Origin: Spirochaetota bacterium
GTDB taxonomy: Bacteria; Spirochaetota; UBA4802; UBA5550
Direction of reading: 5' to 3'
DNA length: 64,000 bases
NCBI GenBank assembly: GCA_050298055.1
Contig: JBNKTL010000001.1
Location: forward strand, 102,979-166,978
Both the position numbers and the translations under genes were made by a program. The first letter of the stretch is position 1; each line of letters begins with the position of its first letter. Positions 41,848-51,391 of the stretch are shown piece by piece. The notes beneath the pieces are model-generated. The model was not told where the DNA came from. It made no database searches and saw only the letters and a list, made by a program, of their open reading frames with translations.

Positions 41848-43002
41848 ATGAATGTAGGTGATATATCAATAAAAAACCTGTTGAGGCGCAAGGGGAGAGC
41901 GGCATTTCTCCTGGGAGGACTGGTTATAGGTATTTCTACTGTTGTTGCCATAACCAGTTTTGCCGGCTCTCTTACCAGGGATATCAATGAAAAAATCGAA
42001 AAGTTTGGCGCGAATATATTGATTGTCCCAAAAACAGAGAACCTCTCCCTGACATACGGGGATTTCTCCATGGGAGGGGTTTCCTTCGAAATGAAAGAGA
42101 TTAAAGAGTCCAACATTGAGAAGATTTACACCATTAAAAATGCAGGGAATATTGCAGCAACAGGTCCAATGGTGCTGGGAACTGTTAAACTTAAAAACAC
42201 CAAGGTCCTCATGGCAGGAGTCAACTTCAGTGTAAGCAAAATACTCAAACCATGGTGGAAGGTAAGTGGAAAACTGCCGGAAAAGACAGAACTCCTTCTC
42301 GGTTCAAAAGTTTCAAAAGTCTTAAATCTCAAGCAGGGAGACAGAGTCAGAATCAAGAAAACGGAACTTACGGTTTCCGGGATTCTGAATCCAACAGGTT
42401 CACAGGATGATCAGCTTCTTTTTGTAAATCTTAAAACCGCTCAGAGGACTCTGAATAAAGAAGGAAGAATTTCCATGGTAGAGGTGGCCGCACTCTGCAA
42501 TGCCTGCCCCATAGAAGACATGGTAAAGCAGATATCCGAGGTTATACCAAACCAGAAGGTGATGGCCATACAGCAGGTTGTCAGGGGAAGAATGGAAACC
42601 CTTGTGCAATTCAAAAAGTTTTCCTATGGAATTTCAGGTGTGATACTTTTCATTGGAAGCCTGATTGTTCTGGTCAGCATGATGGGAAGTATTCGTGAAA
42701 GAAAATACGAGATAGGCATATTCAGGGCGGTAGGGTTCCGCAGAAGAGATGTTATGAGCCTGGTTATGATTGAGGCAGGCGTTCTCTCCGCAATAGCCGG
42801 GATAACAGGATACGGAATCGGTCTTTTAGCAGCAAAAATTGCCCTGAACCTCTTTACCGGAAATAGAATCCCTGTCCCCTTCCAGCCTGAACTTGCCGTA
42901 AGTGCTTTTATACTTGCAATGGCAGTTGGTCTTCTGGGAAGTATTTATCCCGCTCTTCTGGCAGCAAGGATGGATCCCAATGAAGCATTAAGGGCACTCT
43001 AG
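41848..43002 (+). CDS. ABC transporter permease (MacB/FtsX type)
   Basis: KNLLRRKGR, GANILIVP, SIRERKYEIGIFRAVG, PA..AARMDPNEAL. Confidence 0.92.
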   Translation: MNVGDISIKNLLRRKGRAAFLLGGLVIGISTVVAITSFAGSLTRDINEKIEKFGANILIVPKTENLSLTYGDFSMGGVSFEMKEIKESNIEKIYTIKNAGNIAATGPMVLGTVKLKNTKVLMAGVNFSVSKILKPWWKVSGKLPEKTELLLGSKVSKVLNLKQGDRVRIKKTELTVSGILNPTGSQDDQLLFVNLKTAQRTLNKEGRISMVEVAALCNACPIEDMVKQISEVIPNQKVMAIQQVVRGRMETLVQFKKFSYGISGVILFIGSLIVLVSMMGSIRERKYEIGIFRAVGFRRRDVMSLVMIEAGVLSAIAGITGYGIGLLAAKIALNLFTGNRIPVPFQPELAVSAFILAMAVGLLGSIYPALLAARMDPNEALRAL

Positions 43003-43009
43003 GAGAACG

Positions 43010-43726
43010 ATGATGATCAAAAAAACACAAAACAGTTTTGTTATAGCAAAAAATCTGATAAAGAACTACGGTACGGGCAATATAATTGTCAATGCACTGG
43101 CCAATGTAAGTTTCAGAATTGAGGCAGGAGACTTTATAAGCATCATGGGCGAATCAGGTTCTGGAAAATCAACCCTCCTTTCGATTCTGGGAGCAATGAA
43201 CAGTCCCACTGCGGGCGAACTCTCTGTGGATGATATCAACATCTACAACCTTACCGGAGACAGGCGATCCGATTTCAGGAGAGAATACCTGGGTTTTGTT
43301 TTCCAGAACTTTCATCTTCTTCCTTACTTATCTGTAATTGAGAATGTCATGCTTCCTCTTGCTACAATCGAAAAAAGGAGAAACGAGAAGAAGGAGATGG
43401 CAGAGGAGACGCTGGTAAAAGTCGGCCTCAAGGAGGAGAGAAACAGGCTCCCCGGTGAAATTTCCGGCGGACAGAAAGAAAGAGTAGCAATAGCACGGGC
43501 TATAGTCAATAACCCTCCGCTTTTGCTGGCAGATGAGCCTACAGGAAATCTTGATACGAATACAACTAACGAGATCATGAACCTTTTACAGAAGCTTAAT
43601 AGTGAAGGGACAACAATTGTAATGGTTTCTCATAGCCATAATGCTGCATCCTTCGGGCGCAGGTTACTCGTTATGAACGATGGCAGAATTACCGAACAGA
43701 GTAACAGGTTTATCAGAAACGGATAA
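43010..43726 (+). CDS. ABC transporter ATP-binding protein (LolD/MacB type)
   Basis: GESGSGKST, ISGGQ, LLADEPTGNLD. Confidence 0.95.
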   Translation: MMIKKTQNSFVIAKNLIKNYGTGNIIVNALANVSFRIEAGDFISIMGESGSGKSTLLSILGAMNSPTAGELSVDDINIYNLTGDRRSDFRREYLGFVFQNFHLLPYLSVIENVMLPLATIEKRRNEKKEMAEETLVKVGLKEERNRLPGEISGGQKERVAIARAIVNNPPLLLADEPTGNLDTNTTNEIMNLLQKLNSEGTTIVMVSHSHNAASFGRRLLVMNDGRITEQSNRFIRNG

Positions 43727-43738
43727 AATTATCTCACA

Positions 43739-43775
43739 TTCCTGCAGCAACAGCATAAACCTGTTGCTGCAGGAA
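43739..43775. terminator. Stem-loop after ABC operon, probable terminator or 3' stabiliser
   Basis: Perfect 15-bp stem TTCCTGCAGCAACAG/CTGTTGCTGCAGGAA with 7-nt loop; no U-tract on the + strand. Confidence 0.5.
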
Positions 43776-44093
43776 AAAAACAAATATTCTTTATTTGAAG
43801 ATATTTATATATGACAATAATTTTCTTTTGGGAAAATTAAATAAATATTATTGTCACAGAATAAATTTGATGAAATAAAACTATACATAATCAATAAAAA
43901 ACGCATTTTCTAATGAGACATAAAAATTTATATTGACAAAATATCCATAATGATGTGAACTAGATATTTTAGTAGAATATGTATATATTAATAAGATTTC
44001 AATTCTTGAGTTACTCACCTCCGGTCATATAACGCTTTCGTTAGGTTCTGCAGAGGACTGCCGGAAAAAGCCCGGGGAATAAGGAGACATAAC

Positions 44094-46493
44094 ATGGTTC
44101 TAAATATTATTACATTTACCAGCTGTGTACTGATGCTGATCCTGTTCAGGAAACTGGATAAATCAAACATGAAGATGAGTAAACTGCGTAAGTACTCATC
44201 GAAAATGTTTGATGAATACAAGAAGCTCGCCGAAAGTGAAAGAACCAAATTTAATGATGCAACCATCGAGATGGATATTCTTATTAAAAAAGCAGGGTCA
44301 CTTACGGAAAACCTGGGCAAATCCCTTATTGAAATTGAGAAAAGACTTTCCGGTCTTAATGTTGAGAAGTCCAACCTGATGAAGGTTGAAGACGATCTGA
44401 AAGTGATCTCACATGCCGCAAAGGATGTTAACATGCAGATTGAGTTTATCGCAACGGCAAAGAAGGATTTTTCAGATATGTCAAAAAAGATATCTCTCCT
44501 CAACAATGACCTGTCAAAGGTAAAATCTGAAACAACAAACATCCTTCACACTTTCAATAACAGGATGAAAGAGAGGAGCGAAGAAATCTCCGGAGAGTTC
44601 AAGAACCTTTTTAACAAGATGATGGAATCCTTTACAGAAACAGAAGATAAACTCTTAGAGGACTCTGAGATCAAGATGATCAACCTTGCAAATAACTATA
44701 CCCAGTCGGTCACCGATCTGGAAAAGGACCTTACGGAAACAGGAGACTCTATTCTGAGCAGGTTCAGGGACGATGCCGAAAAAATATCAAACACAATAGG
44801 AGCGGCATCAGATCTTGACAGGCAGATCAATGACCTGAGAGATACCCTGAACGACCTTGAAAGCAACATCTTTTCAGAAATATCAAAAAAAACAGAGGAA
44901 CTCAATTCAAACATCGAACAATCAGGTGAAGAGATCGCTTCCCGGAGTTCACAGCTCATGGATGAAGTAAAAGCTGAGATTAACCTGGTCATAAAAGACC
45001 TGGATGAAAAATCCGGTGAACTGAGAGAGGAGATCAGGGACTCCATAAAAGAGTTTAACAATAACAAGGCAGACCTGGTCCACAATATGGACTTAGAGAT
45101 AAACAAAATATACAACAAGCTCAATACAGTAGAATCAAATGTCAATGAATCAAAACAGAAGCTCATAAAGACATTTGAACATGAAGTTGAAAAGGTGCGA
45201 ACTGAGCTTGACAACCTCAGTATCCACGCAATTTCAAAAAAGGATGAGATTGTCCAGGCAACAAGAAGGGAAGCAAGCGAGATAATGGGTAAGATCGAGA
45301 ACTTTGAAGAAAGGTTCATTGACCTTGAATCAAAGCTCATTGATACTGCTGAAGAGAAGATGGACAACCTGGACTCGGAATATCAATCTATAGAACTGCG
45401 ATTCAAAAACCTGTCAGAGAAACTCAGCACCAGGGAGAATGATTTTAATAACAACCTGGACAGCCAGAACGAAAAGCTTGGAAGGGAATTTCTTATTCTT
45501 GAACAGCGCCTGGAGTCAATTAAAAATGAAATTGTCAGCTACGAGGAAAACAACAGGATCTTCAGCAGATCGGATACAATGATACAGAAAGTTGAAACCT
45601 CAATGAAAGAATTCGACAGGATCCTTCAGGAGTCGAAGGAGAAGTCCCGGGAACTGGAAAAATTTATTGCAGACAGCGACCATATTAAGGACCTCAAAAA
45701 GTCCATTGGGAGAGAGATAAAATCTTACCAGGCAAAAAGGGAGAAACTCGAGGATTCAGAGAGAAGAATCAGGGGGCTTATGGAAGTAAGTGACGAGGTG
45801 CTCAACAGAACGGAAGCCCTGGATGAAAAGATTTCCCGGATAGATGCCGTTGCTGACAGAATTGACCTGCTTTCGGAGAGATACGCGGACCTGGAAGCAA
45901 GGATCGAAGAGCTCAGTGAATATGAAGATGTTATCAGCAAAAACCTTGAGTCGGTTAACAAGTCCGACCTGATCATACAGACCCTTGACAGCAAGATCAG
46001 ATCTTTTCAGAAAACCGTTGAAAACTCAAACAAGAAAGCGGATAAAATTTCAAACAGTCTCAAAGAGATCGAAGAAAACACCCTTATACTCCAGTCAAGG
46101 GAGAGGGAGATCCAGGAAGTTAAGGACAAATTCAATGATATCGAGGGAGTTTCTGAGCTTATTGAAAGCAGGGTAAACCAGATAAATGCAATGTTCAATA
46201 AGGTAGAGACACTGAGACAGGAGATGGATGAGACCGACGAAAGGCTCCAGCTCATGTTTCATGATACCGACAAAAAGATGAAGGAGTTCGCAGATTTTAT
46301 AAAATCAGTAGACAAGATCAGCACTATCAGCAGGGAAGTGAAGAGCGCAAGCCTTCCCACGGACCTTAACGAAAGCACAATCAGAACGATCAGGAACCTT
46401 TCGGAAAAGGGATGGAACCCCGGTGATATTTCAAAGAAATTGATGATGGACGAGAATACAGTCCGATTGATTATCAATACTGCATCACTCTAG
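44094..46493 (+). CDS. Spirochaete-type long coiled-coil protein (SpiroCoCo-like)
   Basis: N-terminal TM then RKLDKSNMKMSKLRKY, ~700 aa heptad-rich region, C-terminal HTH-like GWNPGDISKKL...TVRLII. Confidence 0.7.
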   Translation: MVLNIITFTSCVLMLILFRKLDKSNMKMSKLRKYSSKMFDEYKKLAESERTKFNDATIEMDILIKKAGSLTENLGKSLIEIEKRLSGLNVEKSNLMKVEDDLKVISHAAKDVNMQIEFIATAKKDFSDMSKKISLLNNDLSKVKSETTNILHTFNNRMKERSEEISGEFKNLFNKMMESFTETEDKLLEDSEIKMINLANNYTQSVTDLEKDLTETGDSILSRFRDDAEKISNTIGAASDLDRQINDLRDTLNDLESNIFSEISKKTEELNSNIEQSGEEIASRSSQLMDEVKAEINLVIKDLDEKSGELREEIRDSIKEFNNNKADLVHNMDLEINKIYNKLNTVESNVNESKQKLIKTFEHEVEKVRTELDNLSIHAISKKDEIVQATRREASEIMGKIENFEERFIDLESKLIDTAEEKMDNLDSEYQSIELRFKNLSEKLSTRENDFNNNLDSQNEKLGREFLILEQRLESIKNEIVSYEENNRIFSRSDTMIQKVETSMKEFDRILQESKEKSRELEKFIADSDHIKDLKKSIGREIKSYQAKREKLEDSERRIRGLMEVSDEVLNRTEALDEKISRIDAVADRIDLLSERYADLEARIEELSEYEDVISKNLESVNKSDLIIQTLDSKIRSFQKTVENSNKKADKISNSLKEIEENTLILQSREREIQEVKDKFNDIEGVSELIESRVNQINAMFNKVETLRQEMDETDERLQLMFHDTDKKMKEFADFIKSVDKISTISREVKSASLPTDLNESTIRTIRNLSEKGWNPGDISKKLMMDENTVRLIINTASL

Positions 46494-47089
46494 GACTCGT
46501 CCCTCATCTTCTGCTGGACCTCTTTGAGAATATCCTCATCTGAAATGGTTTTTCTCAATATCACCCTGTACCTCACGTCAAGTTTTGTGGGATGTACAAC
46601 TGTCTTTGGAAATTTGAAATTCCACCTCTGGATATCTTCAGTAAGAAGCCTGTCGACCTCTACAATATAAGTGGGTCTCTGAGGCCTGACTTTCATGATA
46701 TTTCCCGAATCAGGGTAAAGCCAGATGGTTATCAGGCCCTCTCTTACTTCATCGATCTTGTTCATCTTCTTTATCTCATCACTTATATAGCTGTCACCGC
46801 CGGGATCTTTCACTCTCTCAATAGTTGATCCGTATTTCAACTGTGAAACAATATAGTGTTTGGAGGTAAGCAGAACACGGAAAGTTTCCTGTGTCTTTTT
46901 GTCATATTCAAGAAAATCCCTGTTTTCAATAACGATTTTATCACCTGCTTTCTCCAGTTTTGAAAGTAATTCACTGTCAACCTTTTCACCCGTTCCGCCA
47001 TCTGTTCCTTTTTGAACCGATGTACATCCGGCGATAAATACAAAAAGGAGAAGGGTTATTAAGGCTTTTGTCTGCATTCTGTCCATCAT
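46490..47089 (-). CDS. Lipoprotein of unknown function
   Basis: Lipobox IAGC after a hydrophobic stretch. Confidence 0.65.
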   Translation of the reverse strand: MMDRMQTKALITLLLFVFIAGCTSVQKGTDGGTGEKVDSELLSKLEKAGDKIVIENRDFLEYDKKTQETFRVLLTSKHYIVSQLKYGSTIERVKDPGGDSYISDEIKKMNKIDEVREGLITIWLYPDSGNIMKVRPQRPTYIVEVDRLLTEDIQRWNFKFPKTVVHPTKLDVRYRVILRKTISDEDILKEVQQKMRDES

Positions 47090-47107
47090 AAGTTACTCCA
47101 CGAATAT

Positions 47108-47380
47108 TTATTCAGGCTGTTCCGGGGCCCTGTCTTTTTCTCTGTCGGCAAGATAGTTACCCAGGGCATCGATGCCCTCTTTCAGATCCTGGAACTTAGA
47201 TATATCAAGAGAAATTCCTTTCTGTGTGGGTTTATAGATATAATCTCCCGTTTCCTGATCTATCTGTTTTGATCTGTACCATATCCTGATATTGATGAGC
47301 TCTCGCCCCTCAAACTCCGATATTTCGATCTTAATTATTTCACTATTGTTTTTCTTTAACTCTCTGATTAAAACACCCAT
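47108..47380 (-). CDS. PC4/YdbC family ssDNA-binding protein
   Basis: SEFEGRELINIRIWY...KPTQKGISL. Confidence 0.85.
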   Translation of the reverse strand: MGVLIRELKKNNSEIIKIEISEFEGRELINIRIWYRSKQIDQETGDYIYKPTQKGISLDISKFQDLKEGIDALGNYLADREKDRAPEQPE

Positions 47381-47418
47381 TGAAAACTCCGTTTTTAAAT
47401 ATTCTTTTGCTGATATAC

Positions 47419-48204
47419 CTAGCTGATGTGGCTGATGATATCCTCAATTCCGGCAAAATACTCATTCAGGCCATAGAGAAAAATATTGTTGTGATTTGCT
47501 TTTTTTATTTCTATGAACCTCTTATAGTGTGCATTGCTTCTCTGGTAAAGCGCCTCTCCGTCAGTAAAAGGAATAATATGATCCTTCTCCGCATGGATAA
47601 CAAGGGTGGGTTTTGTCACCCTGGAGATTTTTTCAATATTCCTGAAACCCGCCTCCTCCCTGAGACCAATTGCTTCGGTATCCACTCCGAGAAAACTCAT
47701 CAGGGGTACAGAATAGGCAAAACCGCTCTCAATAATAAGAGCATCAATTTCATCATTATAGGTTGAGGCAAGCTCCAGGGCGGAAGCGCTGCCCAGGGAC
47801 CTTCCCATAATGATAAACTTACCGGTAAAACCGTTGTTGTCCAACAGGCTTCTGGCAAAGCTGTAAACAAGATGGGAATCACTCATCATGTTAGAAACCG
47901 ATGGTTCACCTGTAGATTTACCATATCCCCTGTAATCTATGGGAAAGAAGTTAATACCCTTATTCATGAGTATTTTACCAAGGTCATCATAATCCGATAT
48001 TATCTCACCGTTCCCATGGAAGTAGAGCATGGTGGGAACAGCTCTGTCCGATTCAAAGATGCTTCCGGATATTAAAATCCCGTCCTCAGTTTCTATAGAA
48101 ACATCTGTCTTCCCGGGAATTTCCGCATTTACGGTCTCTTCCTTCCTGGGGTGAAAGAGAAACTCTGTTACCATTGGGTTGTCATATTCTGAATATGATT
48201 CCAT
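47419..48204 (-). CDS. Alpha/beta hydrolase
   Basis: YFHGNGE, DYRGYGKS, GRSLGS, IHAEKD, ANHN; start set at ATG 48204. Confidence 0.9.
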   Translation of the reverse strand: MESYSEYDNPMVTEFLFHPRKEETVNAEIPGKTDVSIETEDGILISGSIFESDRAVPTMLYFHGNGEIISDYDDLGKILMNKGINFFPIDYRGYGKSTGEPSVSNMMSDSHLVYSFARSLLDNNGFTGKFIIMGRSLGSASALELASTYNDEIDALIIESGFAYSVPLMSFLGVDTEAIGLREEAGFRNIEKISRVTKPTLVIHAEKDHIIPFTDGEALYQRSNAHYKRFIEIKKANHNNIFLYGLNEYFAGIEDIISHIS

Positions 48205-48297
48205 AACTCTTTTATCAATCAAATATATACCTGAAGTACTAATATACAAAAGACAAAAGACTTTTTAAAGGAAAAAATTACAATTAAAATATAAAAG

Positions 48298-48436
48298 AAC
48301 AGATTCATCTATGTATAAAAATAGATATGTTAATGAACAAAAGATAACCATTATGTTCCCGCCGCCTTCGGCGGCGGGACATATTATTGGCATTTTATTA
48401 ATTATGTTAATTTTCAGCCATAAACTGAATAGTTAC
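48298..48436. mobile_element. MITE-like family A copy 4
   Basis: Hairpin TATGTTCCCGCCGCC-TTC-GGCGGCGGGACATA at 48352-48383; right end CTGAATAGTTAC at 48425-48436. Confidence 0.7.
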
Positions 48437-48591
48437 ATGAGATTTTTTATTGGAAGAAAAGGGGAAAAATTAATTCTTTACACTGAGGGGAAAAACTGAT
48501 TAACTTTCATTTTTGAATAAAATGAGAGAGTAAACAGTCTTTCTCAGGGAAAAGAAACACAGAAATATGAGAGATTGATTTTAAGGAAAAT

Positions 48592-49299
48592 ATGAAAAGA
48601 AATATTGCAAAATACGATATTTATAAGCTGGATAACTATCTCATAAGGTTCGGATATATCCTGTTGCCAATATCAATCATTTCCCTGATTGCCTCTCATC
48701 CTGTTAAGCTGATTAAACAGGGAGAATCATATTTTCATTTATCCATACCGGGGTTCCTCTTGCTGGGCAGCATTTTCATGCTTTATAACGGTTACCTTAT
48801 CAGGAGGAAGGAGAACAGAATTAACTCCATTCTCAGGAACTTTGAAATTGCCCGGGAGATATCCGTTCCGGAACTGATACAAAATACAGAGTATACGAAG
48901 GAACATCTTCAGGAAGCCATACAGGTCATCAATACCAGAGGTCTTGGCTATTATGTGTGGAACAGGGAGACAAATACCATTGCTGATGGAAGGCTCATGA
49001 GGCGGATGGTATTTGTTGATAACTGTACATCCTGCGGCAGGAAAATCGGAAAAAAATTCTCCCTGGTCATGGACCATCTGCCTGAATGTCCCTCCTGCGG
49101 ATCTCCTCTTGATATCGACCAGTGGAATAATCTTAAGATCAGGGAACTGGACAAGATAGACAGTGAAACAGTACAGGCGCACGCCCATTTGAAAAAAAAG
49201 CCCATAAACATAGTGCTATTGATATTCCTGGTAATCTTCTTCTGGCCGGCAGCTATTATCTATGCTTACAAGTGGTACAGGGATATGAAAAAAATTTAG
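48592..49299 (+). CDS. Membrane protein with zinc ribbon
   Basis: Two N-terminal TMs, CTSC...CPSC, C-terminal TM (IFFWPAAIIY). Confidence 0.65.
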   Translation: MKRNIAKYDIYKLDNYLIRFGYILLPISIISLIASHPVKLIKQGESYFHLSIPGFLLLGSIFMLYNGYLIRRKENRINSILRNFEIAREISVPELIQNTEYTKEHLQEAIQVINTRGLGYYVWNRETNTIADGRLMRRMVFVDNCTSCGRKIGKKFSLVMDHLPECPSCGSPLDIDQWNNLKIRELDKIDSETVQAHAHLKKKPINIVLLIFLVIFFWPAAIIYAYKWYRDMKKI

Positions 49300-49405
49300 C
49301 TTTCAACGATTTCTTTTGAAAATGACAAAGCATTATATTATTTATGAATGTATATTGATAAAAAAATTTTTAAACATTTGAAGAAGTTTAAAGAGGGAGG
49401 ATTCG

Positions 49406-50206
49406 TTAAAGAGATCTGAATATTTGCCTGATATTGGAAAAACTGTCTGAATTGTAGACCAGGGCAAAATCGGTGAGCTCATACCTGTTCTCAATAATAT
49501 TTTTGATATCCAGTTCCTCTCCGTTTAGATACTTAATGTTTCCACCGGCCTTTTTAATAACCGGTATTGCTCCTGCCCAGTCCCAGAGATATGATTTTCC
49601 CATAAAGGCCAACACCCTGTTTCTTCTGTTATCCACGGTCAAACAGGCGTGGAGGGCTGTTGATCCGATATTTCGGACCTTTCCGATAAAATCCACATAA
49701 AACTTTCCATAGATCTCCGTGGAGGAGAAGATATTTGTTTCACTGTCTATGACCATGTCCTTGTTGACTTTGACAATTTTCCCGTTGAGATATGAATTTT
49801 CATCATCATTGTGGAAAAGCATGGATGAACCGGGGGAATAGACAAATCCGTATACCGGTCTGTAACCCTGCATGATACCCACCGATACACACCAGAGGGG
49901 AAGATGCATGCTGAACATGGCTGTACCGTCGATTGGATCAATAATGCAGTTGATCCCCTCTTCATTAATGTGATTCGTCCTTCTATCGAAGTTTTCTTCA
50001 TGGATAAATTGTATGTTCTCTATTCTGCTTCCAATCTTCTCAATGAGATAGTCCTGCACCATGTGGTCGGCTTCAGTTACTATGGAGCTGTCTTCCTTAC
50101 GGTGAACTTTCAGTTTCCCCTTCTGTATCCTGCCGGCAGAAACCCCTGCCTCGATAACGGCATTTTTTATAAAGTTTATATCATCAATAGATAAGATATG
50201 ACCCAT
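49406..50206 (-). CDS. Inositol monophosphatase family protein
   Basis: VTEAD, HEE, IIDPIDGT, WDWAGA. Confidence 0.9.
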   Translation of the reverse strand: MGHILSIDDINFIKNAVIEAGVSAGRIQKGKLKVHRKEDSSIVTEADHMVQDYLIEKIGSRIENIQFIHEENFDRRTNHINEEGINCIIDPIDGTAMFSMHLPLWCVSVGIMQGYRPVYGFVYSPGSSMLFHNDDENSYLNGKIVKVNKDMVIDSETNIFSSTEIYGKFYVDFIGKVRNIGSTALHACLTVDNRRNRVLAFMGKSYLWDWAGAIPVIKKAGGNIKYLNGEELDIKNIIENRYELTDFALVYNSDSFSNIRQIFRSL

Positions 50207-50238
50207 AATTTCTCCCGGTTCGGTAAACTTTTGAAAGA

Positions 50239-50375
50239 GTAACGACTCAGTTAAGTATAAATATCATTATATTTATTGAAAACAAAACTGATATGTACCC
50301 GCCGCCCAGGGCGGCGGGTACATATTGTTGATATTTAAATAATTATTTAATTTCAAACATAGAGTTGAATCGTTC
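50239..50375. mobile_element. MITE-like family A copy 5 (complete)
   Basis: GTAACGACTCAG ... ATATGTACCCGCCGCC-CAG-GGCGGCGGGTACATAT (50291-50325) ... GTTGAATCGTTC. Confidence 0.75.
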
Positions 50376-50460
50376 ATGAAATATTATTGACTTAAGAGAT
50401 ATTAAATATTCGTTGGAATAGATTTTAATTCAACCAGAATTTTACAATCAGGTAATAATA

Positions 50461-50979
50461 ATGAGAAAGTATTTATCTTCAATAATAATTTTCACAGCCA
50501 CCCTTGTGCTGGATATAATCAGCAAGTACCTGGTGGTTGTTTATATCGGCGATCATGGACGGCACGACTTCCTGGGAGGGTTCCTGAGGATATCACTGGT
50601 CTATAACAAGGGCGGCGTTTTCGGTATCCTTCAGGGATACAAGAACGTGTTCCTGGTGGTCTCAATTATTGTCCTGGCCATAATGGTGGCCTACTTTTTT
50701 CTTGAAAAAAACAGGACAGAGCTTTTCAGCATTTCCATGTCGCTGATAATCAGCGGTGCCGTGGGAAATATTATCGACAGGCTCATAGCGGACAGGCCCG
50801 GTGTGGTGGACTTTATTTCACTTGGTGTGGACGGGATTTACAGGTGGCCTTCTTTCAATGTAGCCGATGCGGTAATAATAGTCGGGGCATTTCTCCTGGT
50901 ACTGGTTTTTTACAGGGAGGAGAAAAAGAGAAAAGCTGTTGAAAAAAGTCATGCCGAAGAGAGCAATAATAATCAGTAA
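50461..50979 (+). CDS. lspA: Lipoprotein signal peptidase II
   Basis: YNKGGVFG, GAVGNIIDR, VVDFI, WPSFNVAD. Confidence 0.96.
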   Translation: MRKYLSSIIIFTATLVLDIISKYLVVVYIGDHGRHDFLGGFLRISLVYNKGGVFGILQGYKNVFLVVSIIVLAIMVAYFFLEKNRTELFSISMSLIISGAVGNIIDRLIADRPGVVDFISLGVDGIYRWPSFNVADAVIIVGAFLLVLVFYREEKKRKAVEKSHAEESNNNQ

Positions 50980-51386
50980 TCGACGATCTCAATATCCCCG
51001 TCAGCAAAGACATCTTTCCCTTTAGATCCCCTGACCCTGTAGTGCCCCTCCCTGTAAAAGGAGAGGTTTGTCACGGCCCTTGATTCTTCCGGTTTTACAT
51101 TCAGAGTAAGTTTGTCAACCGAAACCTCCCGGGGAGTTCCCGGCTTGCCAAAATTCTCAAGTTCAGAGACCGAGACAGTGATCTTTTCGGTTTCAAAGGG
51201 AGTCTTGCTTTTTATCACCGCAGTAAGGTCTCCTGTTTCGAACTTTGTCCCGCAGTTTATCTCCCTGCCATCTTTATCAACTCCTTCACAGAAGAGCAGA
51301 TTTTTACTCTCTTTACACCCGGTGTGCAGTATGATGAAAAGAACAAGTATTTTAACCAGACGTTTTCGTATCATTTTCCCATTCAT
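50973..51386 (-). CDS. Putative lipoprotein
   Basis: Basic N-terminus, hydrophobic stretch, HTGC lipobox-like motif. Confidence 0.55.
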   Translation of the reverse strand: MNGKMIRKRLVKILVLFIILHTGCKESKNLLFCEGVDKDGREINCGTKFETGDLTAVIKSKTPFETEKITVSVSELENFGKPGTPREVSVDKLTLNVKPEESRAVTNLSFYREGHYRVRGSKGKDVFADGDIEIVDY

Positions 51387-51391
51387 GACTT

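Noticed and set aside
48352..48383. GC hairpins here and at 50291 and 56275 as Rho-independent terminators
   Set aside because: They lie between divergent genes, lack U-tracts and are the centres of a larger repeated element.
48311..48499. 62-aa ORF; likewise 56259-56621 and 61931-62218
   Set aside because: Chance translations of MITE or REP sequence or overlaps with real genes.
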